Shown here: positions 9,672-19,790 of the stretch, piece after piece
Layout: each line of letters starts with the position of its first letter
How positions within the stretch are numbered: position 1 is the stretch's first letter
IMG/VR virus record: IMGVR_UViG_3300028392_000050
Location: 1-64,000 of that record
From: a virus
DNA length: 64,000 bases
Direction: 5' to 3' (one strand)
Program-made: the position numbers and the translations under genes
Notes under the pieces: generated by a model
Databases searched by the model: none
The model's input: only the letters and a program-made list of their open reading frames with translations
What the model was told of the DNA's origin: nothing

Positions 9672-10226
9672 ATGAAAATAACTGATAATCAATTTCCAGA
9701 CCCGTGGGACAAGCACGGAGCCCCGTACGGTAAACCGTATCCACCACTTCCAAACCCGCACAGTCCAGAAGATATCTACGAAAAGTGGAAGAAGCCTGTT
9801 CCACCTAAAGTCGTTACTATTAATGACTTATTCCCTAGCCTAGACCGCTGGGCAATTGGTTGGTCACCAATTCTAGATGAATTAAAAAGTTTAGCTGCGC
9901 TAAAGCCTAGCTATCCTCCTTATGACATCATTGACCAAAAAAACGATTCCACCCTCATCAACGTCGCTGTGGCTGGGTTCACTAAAAAGGACCTTACAAT
10001 TACAGTCGAAGAAAGGACGTTGAGCATTGAAGGCACAAAAGAAGATAAAGAAGCAGAAGGAACGCTCGTTCACAATGGCATTGCTGGACGCGATTTTAAA
10101 CTCACCTTTGCCTTGGCTGAGTTTTATGAGGTAGAATCAGCCACCGTTAAAGATGGTATCTTATCGGTCAAACTCATCAAAAATGTACCTGATGAAAAGA
10201 AGCCAAAAGTCATTGATATCAAGTAA
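9672..10226 (+). CDS. Hsp20 small heat-shock protein
   Basis: SYPPYDI, VAVAGF, HNGIAGRDF, A...DGILSV alpha-crystallin motifs. Confidence 0.9.
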   Translation: MKITDNQFPDPWDKHGAPYGKPYPPLPNPHSPEDIYEKWKKPVPPKVVTINDLFPSLDRWAIGWSPILDELKSLAALKPSYPPYDIIDQKNDSTLINVAVAGFTKKDLTITVEERTLSIEGTKEDKEAEGTLVHNGIAGRDFKLTFALAEFYEVESATVKDGILSVKLIKNVPDEKKPKVIDIK

Positions 10227-10242
10227 TTATAAGGAGTAAGTA

Positions 10243-10416
10243 GTGGCTGGTGGCTTCATAAATCCTTACCCAGACCCCATTCCAGACGATTCACATCATA
10301 GGGAGAAGTATTCGACTGGTTGGCTTGGCTGGAAAAATGAAAAACGTGGATGTTTATTCCTTGTTTTAGTATTTGTGGCCATTGCTACTTTAATCGCTGC
10401 CTTAATACTTGTATAA
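10243..10416 (+). CDS. small membrane protein (57 aa, GTG start)
   Basis: AAGGAG RBS; C-terminal hydrophobic helix. Confidence 0.55.
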   Translation: MAGGFINPYPDPIPDDSHHREKYSTGWLGWKNEKRGCLFLVLVFVAIATLIAALILV

Positions 10417-10520
10417 TTAGATAAGAAGACCCCAGAACCGTCCCTGTGTAATCCGTAAGGATAGACCAAACGGCTGGGGTTTTATCTTATTTTGTGCATA
10501 CATTTTGGTATACTAGGTAT

Positions 10521-10685
10521 ATGCCTAATGCACCTAAAACCCCGACACGCACTATTCGCGTATCCGATGAACTCTGGCTAGCCGTCCAAAAAGAGGCCGC
10601 TAAGCAGGGAGTTACCGTTACCAGCATCCTCATTGAAGCAATGGAAAAATTTGTTGCAGAAGGACTTGACAAAGTCTCAGAGTAG
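10521..10685 (+). CDS. ribbon-helix-helix DNA-binding protein, leaderless
   Basis: RTIRVSDELW...AAKQGVTVTSIL; TGGTATACT -10 element just upstream of the ATG. Confidence 0.8.
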   Translation: MPNAPKTPTRTIRVSDELWLAVQKEAAKQGVTVTSILIEAMEKFVAEGLDKVSE

Positions 10686-10747
10686 ATGTTAGTTTTGTAC
10701 AGCTAAGAGTTAGCATCCCCCACGGGGGTTAGACTAAGAGGTACAGA

Positions 10748-11182
10748 ATGCCAATTATCAACGATTCACCAGCTGATAACCTAGACAACCTACGTCAGGA
10801 AGTTCAGCAGTATGTAGCACTAAAAGAAGATGTGACTCACATCGAAGAACGCGTAGCAACTTTACGCAAACGAATCTTGGCCACAGTAGAAGAGCTGGGT
10901 GAGCCAAATGAAAAAGGAAGCCTAGTTCTTCCAATTAATGACGCAAAATCAAACACAGGTAATGTTGTAAAACAGCGCCGTGTGTCCAAAGTATTTGATG
11001 AAGACAAAGCCGATAACTTGCTAAAAGAAAAAGGCTTGTTTGATTCAGTAACTAAAACAATTACAGTACTTGACCAGGATGCTGTCATGGCAGCATACTA
11101 TGATGGTAAGCTAACAGACGAAGACATCGAGTCTATGTTTCCTGAGAAGGTTTCATGGGCACTAATATTGGAGAAGAACTAA
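10748..11182 (+). CDS. hypothetical phage protein (N-terminal coiled coil)
   Basis: GAGG RBS; upstream TTGACA promoter element. Confidence 0.75.
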   Translation: MPIINDSPADNLDNLRQEVQQYVALKEDVTHIEERVATLRKRILATVEELGEPNEKGSLVLPINDAKSNTGNVVKQRRVSKVFDEDKADNLLKEKGLFDSVTKTITVLDQDAVMAAYYDGKLTDEDIESMFPEKVSWALILEKN

Positions 11183-11424
11183 TGGCTAGAATCGCTGAAC
11201 TAGACGCAGAACTACACGAACTACCTGATGAGGCTAAAGATTTTATGCAGGGATTTACGCAAGGCCGTGACGAAGGGATTATCATAGGTCAGGCAGAGGG
11301 CGAAATAATGGAGCGAGAACGCATCATTGCTTTGCTAGAAAATCAGCACAACTTTGATGAAATCTTTTTAGACGCAGTAGACAACGTTATTGCACTTATT
11401 ACAGGAAAGATTGATGGGGAATAA
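11182..11424 (+). CDS. hypothetical protein
   Basis: TAATG coupling to upstream gene. Confidence 0.6.
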   Translation: MARIAELDAELHELPDEAKDFMQGFTQGRDEGIIIGQAEGEIMERERIIALLENQHNFDEIFLDAVDNVIALITGKIDGE

Positions 11425-11575
11425 TATCCCGACCAAATTGGTTATTATCTCTGTACTAATGATTACGTCATTGGTATACGGATACATTCTCATAAAAAGC
11501 GAACAACCTCACAATTGCTGGGACCAGTACACAACTGAGGTTGAAGCAATACAACACTGTGAGGTTCATCCATAA
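11414..11575 (+). CDS. small membrane protein
   Basis: One TM helix; coupled to neighbours. Confidence 0.55.
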   Translation: MGNNIPTKLVIISVLMITSLVYGYILIKSEQPHNCWDQYTTEVEAIQHCEVHP

Positions 11576-12024
11576 TGAGCCAAGTAAATTCTGGGCTTTA
11601 CTCTAGTGCGACTGATGACTGGGGTACGCCTCAAGCTTTGTTTGACGAGTTAAACTCAGAGTTTAATTTCACCCTGGACGCCTGCGCTAGTGCGCATAAT
11701 TTTAAAGTAAACATATACTTTAATAAAGAAATTAATGCACTAGCGCAGAGCTGGACAGGCACCGTGTGGATGAACCCACCATACGGCAGAACTATTGGCC
11801 AGTGGATGAAAAAAGCCTACGAAGAGTCTCAAAAAGGCGCTACTGTAGTTTGTCTAGTACCTGCTAGAACAGACACAGCTTGGTGGCACGACTATGCTGT
11901 AAAAGGCGAAATAAGATTCTTAAGAGGCAGACTAAAATTTGAACAACCAGGATTTGTTAAAAATAACTCAGCACCTTTTCCAAGTGCTATAGTAATTTTT
12001 AAAGGAGCAACAAATGAGCGATAA
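11575..12024 (+). CDS. phage Dam-family N6-adenine DNA methyltransferase
   Basis: DDWGTP, FTLDACA, WMNPPYG, LVPARTDTAWWH, RGRLKF, APFPS. Confidence 0.9.
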   Translation: MSQVNSGLYSSATDDWGTPQALFDELNSEFNFTLDACASAHNFKVNIYFNKEINALAQSWTGTVWMNPPYGRTIGQWMKKAYEESQKGATVVCLVPARTDTAWWHDYAVKGEIRFLRGRLKFEQPGFVKNNSAPFPSAIVIFKGATNER

Positions 12025-12484
12025 GATAGACGCTATGTTCAGCGACCTTGACGTTTATTACCCAGGTAGTAAGCGTAAGCGAAAAGAGCCTATCGAACAG
12101 CCTGTTATTGACACTAGCTGGGAAAATGACTACACTGAAAGAACTTTGCCAAATGGCCGTGTAATCAAAATGTATCTGCTAGGCTCATTAGCAAAAGCTT
12201 TGTCCAGACCTACTAAAACTATTAGGTGGTGGACAGAAAGAGGTACACTACCGATGTCGCCTTATCGACTTCCTTCAACATTTGGGAAAAACGGTAAAGA
12301 ATATGTCGGTCGTAGACTGTATAGTAAAGCAATGATAGACGTGACTGTAGAACTTTTTAAAAAAGCTGGACTTTTTGAAGAAAATCCTATAGAATGGTCT
12401 AACCACCGGAATCTTAGTGATAAGATAGCCGAGGCGTGGGAGTCAATCCGCGCAGAAGAAAATAAACCAATAAACAATCAATAA
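12014..12484 (+). CDS. MerR-like HTH DNA-binding protein
   Basis: LAKALSRPTKTIRWWTERGTLP...GRRLYS. Confidence 0.7.
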   Translation: MSDKIDAMFSDLDVYYPGSKRKRKEPIEQPVIDTSWENDYTERTLPNGRVIKMYLLGSLAKALSRPTKTIRWWTERGTLPMSPYRLPSTFGKNGKEYVGRRLYSKAMIDVTVELFKKAGLFEENPIEWSNHRNLSDKIAEAWESIRAEENKPINNQ

Positions 12485-12491
12485 GGAAAAC

Positions 12492-13148
12492 ATGCCAATT
12501 AACAATGCCCCAGATGCCTCTAGCTACGTTGCAGATGACATCGATGCCCGCCCTACACAGGCCACAGCAACATCCACATCAGTTCAGTCTGGTTGGGATG
12601 CAGCTGAGACCCTAACTACCTCAAGTGACTTCCCAACAGAAGTTAAGTTTGAGGAAAACCAGCACCAGGTCTTCAAGTTCCTTGACGAGAATGGCCCGTT
12701 TGCTATCTACAAGCAGCACTTCCTAAAGCAGAAGACAAGCGGTAAGCGCTCGTACGTCTGTATCGGTGCTAATTGTCCACTCTGCATCAAGTTGCAGGAC
12801 CGCCCAGAGAACAAGCGCGCATTTACTGTCGTGTCTTTGAACTCTCCGCTAGGTATCCAGCGTCAGATGCTTATTTCAGGTGCACGTCTATACCAGGCTT
12901 TGCACGCAGCCCACTACTCACCACAGGGTCCACTTACAAAGGGATACTGGGCGATTGTGCGCATTGGTAAGGGTCCACAGACCACTTACACCGTAACTCC
13001 AATTAAGGAGCGCGACCTAGAGGAAGATTGGAAGCTAGATGCAGATGCTGCAGCTGCTTACGTTTCTTCATCTGAGGTTTATTCACGCAACCTAATCAAG
13101 GAACACTCGTTCGAGGAACTCGACGAGATTGCGGATTCACTAATCTAA
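12492..13148 (+). CDS. single-stranded DNA-binding protein (gp32-like)
   Basis: H...CIGANCPLC zinc site, RIGKGPQTTY, acidic tail; adjacent to polymerase. Confidence 0.7.
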   Translation: MPINNAPDASSYVADDIDARPTQATATSTSVQSGWDAAETLTTSSDFPTEVKFEENQHQVFKFLDENGPFAIYKQHFLKQKTSGKRSYVCIGANCPLCIKLQDRPENKRAFTVVSLNSPLGIQRQMLISGARLYQALHAAHYSPQGPLTKGYWAIVRIGKGPQTTYTVTPIKERDLEEDWKLDADAAAAYVSSSEVYSRNLIKEHSFEELDEIADSLI

Positions 13149-13158
13149 ATCCAATGGC

Positions 13159-13199
13159 AATAGGCGGGGACTTGACATCCCCGCCTATTACGCTATTGT
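13159..13199 (+). promoter_or_regulatory. hairpin with TTGACA in its loop, overlapping the likely polA promoter
   Basis: AATAGGCGGGGA-CTTGACA-TCCCCGCCTATT then TATTGT 16 bp after TTGACA. Confidence 0.5.
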
Positions 13200-13208
13200 G
13201 GAGATATT

Positions 13209-15191
13209 ATGAATATTATTACTACTGCCAAACAACTTGCCGAGATGGTAGATTACTACCTAACTCAAGATGCCTTTGCCTACGATGTTGAAACTGTTGG
13301 CCCACGCCGAGGTATGACTCCTGTAAATGAAGTCTTATGGATTACATTTGCAACTAATGGTCGCTGCGATGTTATCCCTATGGGACACCCGCACGGTGAC
13401 TTTATTGAAGAAGTTTTCCCACTGACTGGTCAGGGCGAAGTTCGCAAGGAAAAGGGACTTACCCTTAGACCTAGCGACTATAGCCGTGACTCAAAAAAAG
13501 CAACCAAGGTATTTGGTCCTGCTCCAGAGCAGCTGTATCCAGCTGAAGTGTTTAAGGCTTTAGAGCCGTTGATGTTTAATGAAAACATCCTTACTATTGG
13601 ACACAATCTAGTATTTGACCTTACGTCAGTTGCAAAGTACTACGGAGGGCGTGTTCCGGCCGGACCATACTTTGACACTATGATTGCCTCATTTATTTCA
13701 GACAACCGCAATAAGAATAAGTGCGGTCTTGCTGACTGCCTTAAGCGTGAGTTTGGTTACGAAATGGAAAAAGGCGTTGGTAAGGAAGTTGAGGTCTATG
13801 ACTTTAACACCGTTGCTAAATACGCTTACCTAGACTCTAAGTACACATTCTTATTATGGAAGTCACTTGCCCCTAAACTAGAGGCCGCTGACCTTAACCG
13901 TGTGTTCGCCTTGGAGATGGACGTGCTACGCGTACTTTGCGATATGAAACTAACTGGCGCAGTAATTGACACCGAGTCACTAGAGCAATTAAAGATTGAC
14001 CTAGAGGCTAAAGTAGATGAGGCTCGTGGCAACATCTACAAAGCTGCTGGCCGTGAGTTTAACATTAACTCTAATCAGGAAAAGCAAGCTTTGCTATACG
14101 GCTCTAAAGAAGAAGGCGGCCGTGGTCTAAAAGCTAAAGTATTGACTACTAAGGGTAATCAAAAAGACAAAGAGGGTTCAGACCTATCTCAGTCAGATTA
14201 CTCAGTATCTGCCGAGGCACTAGAGCCTTACCGTGACAAAGACCCACTTGTAACTGCCTTATTAGAATATGCCGACTACAATAAGTTGCTATCTACTTAT
14301 GTAATCCCATATCTAGGTGGCGAGATTGAACGTACAACCTCTGGTAAGACCCGCACAGAGACCAAGGAAAGCCTTTTAATTAATGGCCGACTACACGGTG
14401 ACTTTGTACAGCACGGGGCTGAGACAGGCCGCTTCTCAAGTCGTAACCCTAACTTGCAAAACGTACCTGCGCCACACACTCCTCACGGTAAAGCTATTCG
14501 TAACTTGTTTACAGCTCCACCAGGGCACAAGTTAGTTGTAGCCGACTACTCACAGATCGAGCCACGCGTTATTGCGTCATTCTCAGAAGACCCAATTATG
14601 ATGGATAATTACCTAGAGGGTAGAGACATCTATACAACCATTGGTGACACGATGGGTGTAGACCGTAAGGCAGGTAAGGTGCTTGTGCTTGCTATGGCTT
14701 ACGGCGTTGGTCCAGATAAGATTGCTAGCCAGATTGGTTGTACCAAGACTGAAGCTAAAGATTTGCTAGACCGATTTGCTAAAGAGTTTCCAGCAATATC
14801 TACTTATCGTTCAAAGGTAATTTCAGCCACGCGTGCAGGTAAACCAGTTGCTCATATTAAAACTATTACAGGCCGTCGTCGCTATCTTCCAGAGATTATG
14901 TCTAGAGATAACGGTGCTCGTGCAGGTGCTGAGCGTCAGGCATTTAACACAAAGATTCAGGGAAGTGCTGCAGATATTATTAAGATTGCCATGGTTCGTG
15001 CTTGGAATATGATTCCAAAAGAAGCTAGAATTATACTTACTGTTCACGATGAACTGGTGCTAACTACTCCAGCGGAACTGGCAGAAGAAACAGCAGAAAA
15101 ACTGCGCGAGGCTATGGAGGATATACAAGTGCTAAAGGTACCATTAATCGCAGACATCAAGATTGTAGATAAATGGGGTGAGGCAAAGTGA
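13209..15191 (+). CDS. polA: family A DNA polymerase with 3'-5' exonuclease
   Basis: YDVET, GHNLVFD, TGRFSS...PNLQN, ADYSQIEPR, K...YG, QGSAAD, VHDE. Confidence 0.95.
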   Translation: MNIITTAKQLAEMVDYYLTQDAFAYDVETVGPRRGMTPVNEVLWITFATNGRCDVIPMGHPHGDFIEEVFPLTGQGEVRKEKGLTLRPSDYSRDSKKATKVFGPAPEQLYPAEVFKALEPLMFNENILTIGHNLVFDLTSVAKYYGGRVPAGPYFDTMIASFISDNRNKNKCGLADCLKREFGYEMEKGVGKEVEVYDFNTVAKYAYLDSKYTFLLWKSLAPKLEAADLNRVFALEMDVLRVLCDMKLTGAVIDTESLEQLKIDLEAKVDEARGNIYKAAGREFNINSNQEKQALLYGSKEEGGRGLKAKVLTTKGNQKDKEGSDLSQSDYSVSAEALEPYRDKDPLVTALLEYADYNKLLSTYVIPYLGGEIERTTSGKTRTETKESLLINGRLHGDFVQHGAETGRFSSRNPNLQNVPAPHTPHGKAIRNLFTAPPGHKLVVADYSQIEPRVIASFSEDPIMMDNYLEGRDIYTTIGDTMGVDRKAGKVLVLAMAYGVGPDKIASQIGCTKTEAKDLLDRFAKEFPAISTYRSKVISATRAGKPVAHIKTITGRRRYLPEIMSRDNGARAGAERQAFNTKIQGSAADIIKIAMVRAWNMIPKEARIILTVHDELVLTTPAELAEETAEKLREAMEDIQVLKVPLIADIKIVDKWGEAK

Positions 15192-15643
15192 CCTGGCCTA
15201 TTAGTCATAATGATGATGACGGACCTTACGAGGTTAGTAAAATTCCAGTTACTACTTTATTTCGCTGGTTTTTATACGACATAAGTAGTGAAGATGCTCC
15301 CGATTACGCTCATATTTTTGGGCTAACTCCGGTAAGTGAAGAAGGTCATCTTAAAGAACAGAATGATTCAGATTCCAGAGTAGAAGAGATTGCTGATTTA
15401 ACTCCACTATTGACTTTTTATGCTACAGCTACTGCTGAATTTGCTTTTAACTTGCACCGTCTTAAAATGAATAAAATTGACGGCATCACTAATGATATGA
15501 TTGATGCTTCAGAAGAGGCATTTAAAGAGTTCTATTATCACATGGTATTTGCAGGACTTTTAGGGTCATTCTCAGCCATGCGAGAATTAGATATAATTAA
15601 ATTAAACAGCACTCATACAAGTATCGAAGAAGGAGAATTATGA
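15188..15643 (+). CDS. hypothetical protein
   Basis: GTGA overlap with polA. Confidence 0.7.
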   Translation: MTWPISHNDDDGPYEVSKIPVTTLFRWFLYDISSEDAPDYAHIFGLTPVSEEGHLKEQNDSDSRVEEIADLTPLLTFYATATAEFAFNLHRLKMNKIDGITNDMIDASEEAFKEFYYHMVFAGLLGSFSAMRELDIIKLNSTHTSIEEGEL

Positions 15644-16056
15644 GTAATTGGTGGGCAGATAAACTAGGTACGCCTAGGCAACCACAGCCAAGATTACCGG
15701 AACAACAGGTACCGGTAGTTAATCCAGGAATAACTCCACAGTACCCTGGGTACACACCTAGTCAGGGTTACCCACCGGTTACCCAGCAGCCTCCTTATAA
15801 TCCAGAATTAGTTGGTAGATTGTTACCTGCTAGTGCTACGAACCCAGGTCGTTGTCCTAATTGTTCTAGTGGCAACTACGGAAAGATGACGCCAGAAACA
15901 GCTCCGCGTTGCTATGATTGTGGTTACCCAATTCAGCAGTCAGGTTCAGGTATGCCGGGAGTAAGAATTCCAAACAGCGGTAATACTGAAGCCACTAAGC
16001 AGGTAAGTACTGCAAATAACTTTAACCCAAACACAATCATTGATAGGATTGGCTAA
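15640..16056 (+). CDS. Pro/Gln-rich protein with CxxC...CxxC zinc ribbon
   Basis: CPNC...CYDC; AAGGAG RBS. Confidence 0.7.
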   Translation: MSNWWADKLGTPRQPQPRLPEQQVPVVNPGITPQYPGYTPSQGYPPVTQQPPYNPELVGRLLPASATNPGRCPNCSSGNYGKMTPETAPRCYDCGYPIQQSGSGMPGVRIPNSGNTEATKQVSTANNFNPNTIIDRIG

Positions 16057-17069
16057 TGTCATTAGAAAAAGTTTTAGCGCAAATAAATAAAAAGTATGGC
16101 GAAAATACTGTCGTACTTGCATCAAAAGTAGCTGCACCGACTCGTTTTCCATCAGGGTCATTATCGCTAGATATGATTTTGGGTGGCGGCTGGCCAACTA
16201 ACCAGTGGCACGAAATTATCGGTGAGGCCAGCAATGGTAAAACCGCTTTGGCACTTAAAACTATTGCCGCTAATCAAAAGCGTGACCCTAACTTTACTAC
16301 TATTTGGATTGCTGCTGAGCAATGGGTACCAGAGTACGCAGAGATGTGTGGCGTAGACCCTACACGCGTTCACGTGTTTACTAGCAACGTCATGGAAACA
16401 GCCCTTACAGCCGTTCTAGAGTTTATTGAAACCAAAGAAGTAGACTGTGTGGTTATTGACTCACTTCCAGCCCTTGTACCATCAGCCGAGGATGCCAAAG
16501 AAATGGAAGAGTTTACAGTTGGCCGCGGAGCTATGCTTATGGGTAAGTTTTTCCGCAAAATGGAAAAGGCCGGTAAGCGTGACTTACTAGGCGGCGAACG
16601 CCCTTTCATCGGACTAATCATTAACCAGTTCCGCATGAAGATTGGCGTTATGTACGGTGACCCTCGCACTACCCCAGGTGGCGAGGCTAAAAACTATTTC
16701 TTCTTTACTCGTATCGACGTTAAGCGTGACGAGTGGATTGAGATTGGCACTGGTCAGGATAAGCGCAAGGTTGGTCAGACTATCAAGTTCCAGACTAGAA
16801 AGAACAAGTCAGCCCCTCCGGGACAAACTGCTTTTGTGGACTTTTACTTTGATGACGGTTCTGGTATTGACAAGGGCGAATACGACTTCGCTAAAGAAAT
16901 TGTGTCCCTAGCAATCATCAATAAGATTGTTACACGTGCTGGTGCGTACTACCGCTACTCAGAACGTCAGTGGCAAGGTGCAGATGCGTTGCTTAACTCA
17001 ATTCGTGAAGAAGTAGACTTGCAAGAACAACTAACTAAAGACGTGATGGGTACTTTGAAGATTGGCTAA
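16056..17069 (+). CDS. recA: RecA/UvsX recombinase
   Basis: SGSLSLD...GGG, GEASNGKT, VVIDSL, INQFR.KIGVMYG.P.TTPGG. Confidence 0.95.
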   Translation: MSLEKVLAQINKKYGENTVVLASKVAAPTRFPSGSLSLDMILGGGWPTNQWHEIIGEASNGKTALALKTIAANQKRDPNFTTIWIAAEQWVPEYAEMCGVDPTRVHVFTSNVMETALTAVLEFIETKEVDCVVIDSLPALVPSAEDAKEMEEFTVGRGAMLMGKFFRKMEKAGKRDLLGGERPFIGLIINQFRMKIGVMYGDPRTTPGGEAKNYFFFTRIDVKRDEWIEIGTGQDKRKVGQTIKFQTRKNKSAPPGQTAFVDFYFDDGSGIDKGEYDFAKEIVSLAIINKIVTRAGAYYRYSERQWQGADALLNSIREEVDLQEQLTKDVMGTLKIG

Positions 17070-17406
17070 ATCCGAAGGACAGAAGCAATCATTAAAACAC
17101 GAAAAGCGTCTTGCTAAAATCGTCGGAGGTCAACGTAATGTTGCCTCCGGCGCTTTTTGGTTTCGTAAAGGTGACGTAAGGTCCCAGGACCTCTTGATTG
17201 AGCATAAGTGGACCGGTAAAAAGTCATTTACCTTAAAGTCTGATGTCCTAGAGAAGATAACTACCGAGGCTCTTTTGGACAGTCGTACGCCCGTTTTGGG
17301 CATAAGTCTAAACGACGTTAATTATGTAGTCATGGATGAAAATGACTTTTTGACAATGCGCGAATTTCTGTTACAATGTATAGAGGAGCACACGGAAGAG
17401 AAGTAG
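17062..17406 (+). CDS. PD-(D/E)xK Holliday junction resolvase-like nuclease
   Basis: HEKRLAK...SGA...KGDV...LIEHK. Confidence 0.75.
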   Translation: MAKSEGQKQSLKHEKRLAKIVGGQRNVASGAFWFRKGDVRSQDLLIEHKWTGKKSFTLKSDVLEKITTEALLDSRTPVLGISLNDVNYVVMDENDFLTMREFLLQCIEEHTEEK

Positions 17407-17425
17407 CTTACTATTAGGAGATTAC

Positions 17426-17800
17426 TTGTCTAACCCATTTATAAATCTATTCACAGAACCAGACCCTTGGGAATACCAAGCTAAATGCGGTGAGCGAATT
17501 TATGATGAAAACACAAAAGAATATGTGTCAGTCTATGACCCGGACCTTTGGTTCCCGCCTCGTGATAAGGCGCTTTACAAACCAATAGCTGATAAAGCTA
17601 AATCAATTTGCTTTGGCCGTGACGGCAGGCCTGAGTGCCCAGTTAGACTACAATGTCTAATGGCCGCGGATAAACGTGACGAAGTTCATGGCATCATGGG
17701 TGGCATGAGTCACCGTGAAAGAAACGCTTTAAAACGCAAAGCCAAGAAACAAAAAACAACTTTAGAAGAACTTGCTAAAAAAGCTAGTAGACAATCTTAG
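17426..17800 (+). CDS. whiB: WhiB-family transcription factor
   Basis: C...DLWFP...AKSIC...CPVRLQCL...GIMGG.S..ER. Confidence 0.88.
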   Translation: MSNPFINLFTEPDPWEYQAKCGERIYDENTKEYVSVYDPDLWFPPRDKALYKPIADKAKSICFGRDGRPECPVRLQCLMAADKRDEVHGIMGGMSHRERNALKRKAKKQKTTLEELAKKASRQS

Positions 17801-17837
17801 GAATGTGTGTTATGTTCTTCCTTGGAGGATATAAAAC

Positions 17838-18713
17838 ATGCCAGAGAAAAAACTAAAAAAGATACCGGCCGGTGCATTGAAAAACTTTGTAGATGCCGGT
17901 AAATCAACAACCCGTGTGATTAGCAAGGTAGAGCGCTTTGTATTGTCACAACCAATAGATAACTCCAGATCGTTTAACGGTCTGCATCCATCAGCTATGG
18001 TAAGCCCGTATTGGTGCCACAGAGCATCGTACTTTCACTTAAAAGGTAATCACCCTGCACCAGAAGCACGTCAGTTTAAGCGTGAACTTATTTTTGCACA
18101 AGGCCACGGCATTCACGCCACTTGGCAAAACTGGTTCCGAGACATGGGCAAACTATACGGAGTGTGGGAATGTAAAAGTTGCGGTGACAAAATTTGGGCA
18201 ACTAGCCCAGAAGGCTGCGATATGTGCAGCACACAAGGTACGATGAAATATAAAGAAGTACCTGTAGAACACGATGCCTTAATGATTACCGGCCATTCAG
18301 ATGGTTGGCTAAAAGGATTTGGCGATGACCTAATGCTTGAGATTAAATCAGTAGGTGCCGGTACGTTTATGTGGTATGACAGGTCTAACTGGTTTGCATC
18401 AAACCAAGATTTTGCTGAGGCATGGAAAAACCTTAAGTCACCATTTGAATCACACGTTGCCCAGGTTCAGCTGTACATGAAAGTGCTAGAGTTATCGGGC
18501 CGTACAGATGTACCACAAGAGGCTGTACTTATTTATGAGGCAAAGCCTACACAGGATGTTAAAGAGTTTATTGTTCGTAAAGATGATTGGGCAATTCAAC
18601 CAATCATTGACGGCGCACAACTTGTGGTAGACTCACTAGGTAAGAATGTTGCTCCAGACTGTAATGTCGGTGGGGCGCTAAAGTGCAAGCAATGCGGAGG
18701 GTTCAATGAGTAA
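17838..18713 (+). CDS. Cas4-like PD-(D/E)xK exonuclease
   Basis: HPS...C, GHSDG, LEIKS, QVQLYM, terminal C...CKQC cluster. Confidence 0.8.
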   Translation: MPEKKLKKIPAGALKNFVDAGKSTTRVISKVERFVLSQPIDNSRSFNGLHPSAMVSPYWCHRASYFHLKGNHPAPEARQFKRELIFAQGHGIHATWQNWFRDMGKLYGVWECKSCGDKIWATSPEGCDMCSTQGTMKYKEVPVEHDALMITGHSDGWLKGFGDDLMLEIKSVGAGTFMWYDRSNWFASNQDFAEAWKNLKSPFESHVAQVQLYMKVLELSGRTDVPQEAVLIYEAKPTQDVKEFIVRKDDWAIQPIIDGAQLVVDSLGKNVAPDCNVGGALKCKQCGGFNE

Positions 18714-19209
18714 GACAACTTTAATCACAAACGACACTAGCAAGTACATCTTGGATATGCTTGATGAGCAAGGTCTATCAGTAGACCGTGAAACATCTAT
18801 GCCAAGGCCACAGCTTCCTGCTGATATTACAGAGCTAGATGATGAAGACCTAATGCGTTTGTACACCCATTTGTCGGCGTATAGCGAGTTCTTAGGCACC
18901 CAGCTAGCCTGTGCAATCATTGACGAAAAAGACGCAGAGCGCAACAGAGATTACGCTGAGTCAGAGGCAATGTTACGTCACCAGACAAACAATGCCAAGA
19001 CCACAGTGACTATTATCAAGGCCCTAGTTGATGGCGACCCTACGCTTGGTGAAGTGCGTCAGGAGGCCCTGGTTAAGTATTCATACCGCAAGATGCTAGA
19101 GACTATGGTAAATAATTATGAGCGCAGTACTGCTGTATGTAGCCGTGAACTGACTCGTAGAACATCAGGCGATAACTTTAAGACCAGAAGTCGTAAGTTC
19201 ACTGCGTAA
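18706..19209 (+). CDS. hypothetical helical protein (possible recombination mediator)
   Basis: Helical, SRELTRR C-terminus; recombination gene context only. Confidence 0.6.
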   Translation: MSKTTLITNDTSKYILDMLDEQGLSVDRETSMPRPQLPADITELDDEDLMRLYTHLSAYSEFLGTQLACAIIDEKDAERNRDYAESEAMLRHQTNNAKTTVTIIKALVDGDPTLGEVRQEALVKYSYRKMLETMVNNYERSTAVCSRELTRRTSGDNFKTRSRKFTA

Positions 19210-19790
19210 TGGCTAAAGATAAAATATTCGGCCCAGGGCTAAGTCTAAACGTAGATAATATTTCTATCGGCATAGACCAGTCCTACTCTGGGTTTGGCAT
19301 AACTATATTAAATACTTATAACCCAGAAGAATATTCCACCTTAGTTTTTAAAGCAGAACAGTCGCACATTGACAGATTAGTTTGGGTGCGCGAAAGACTA
19401 AGAAAGCTGCTTGCATTATCAGGCGGATTTAAGTCAGTAACAGTAGCCATGGAAGGTTACGCATTTGGCACGACAATGGCCCATATGCTAGGCGAACTTG
19501 GTGCCATAGTAAAACTAACCTGTTATGAAGAACTGGATAAGTTTGAGGGCAAATACCCATACATCATTCCGCCGACTACTTTAAAGAAATACATTACTGG
19601 TAAAGGCACTGGAGTACAGAAAAATCAAATATTGCTAAACGTATACAAGAAGTGGGGCGTAGAGTTTAATGACGATAACGCTGCAGATTCCTATGCCTTA
19701 GCTATGCTGGCTGCCGGTAAAGGTGAACTAGCCTATGAGAAAGAAATACTTGAAAAAATTAAGGGCCCTAATTTCAGGGAAAAACCGTAA
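19209..19790 (+). CDS. RuvC-like Holliday junction resolvase
   Basis: IGIDQSYSGFG, AMEGY, PTTLKKYITGKG, DDNAADSYAL. Confidence 0.85.
   Translation: MAKDKIFGPGLSLNVDNISIGIDQSYSGFGITILNTYNPEEYSTLVFKAEQSHIDRLVWVRERLRKLLALSGGFKSVTVAMEGYAFGTTMAHMLGELGAIVKLTCYEELDKFEGKYPYIIPPTTLKKYITGKGTGVQKNQILLNVYKKWGVEFNDDNAADSYALAMLAAGKGELAYEKEILEKIKGPNFREKP

Noticed and set aside
10426-10485. Hammerhead ribozyme
   Set aside because: CUGAnGA and GAAA core motifs are absent
17838-18713. Cas4-like gene as evidence of a CRISPR-Cas system
   Set aside because: Stand-alone in a recombination cluster, which is common in phages; no cas1/cas2
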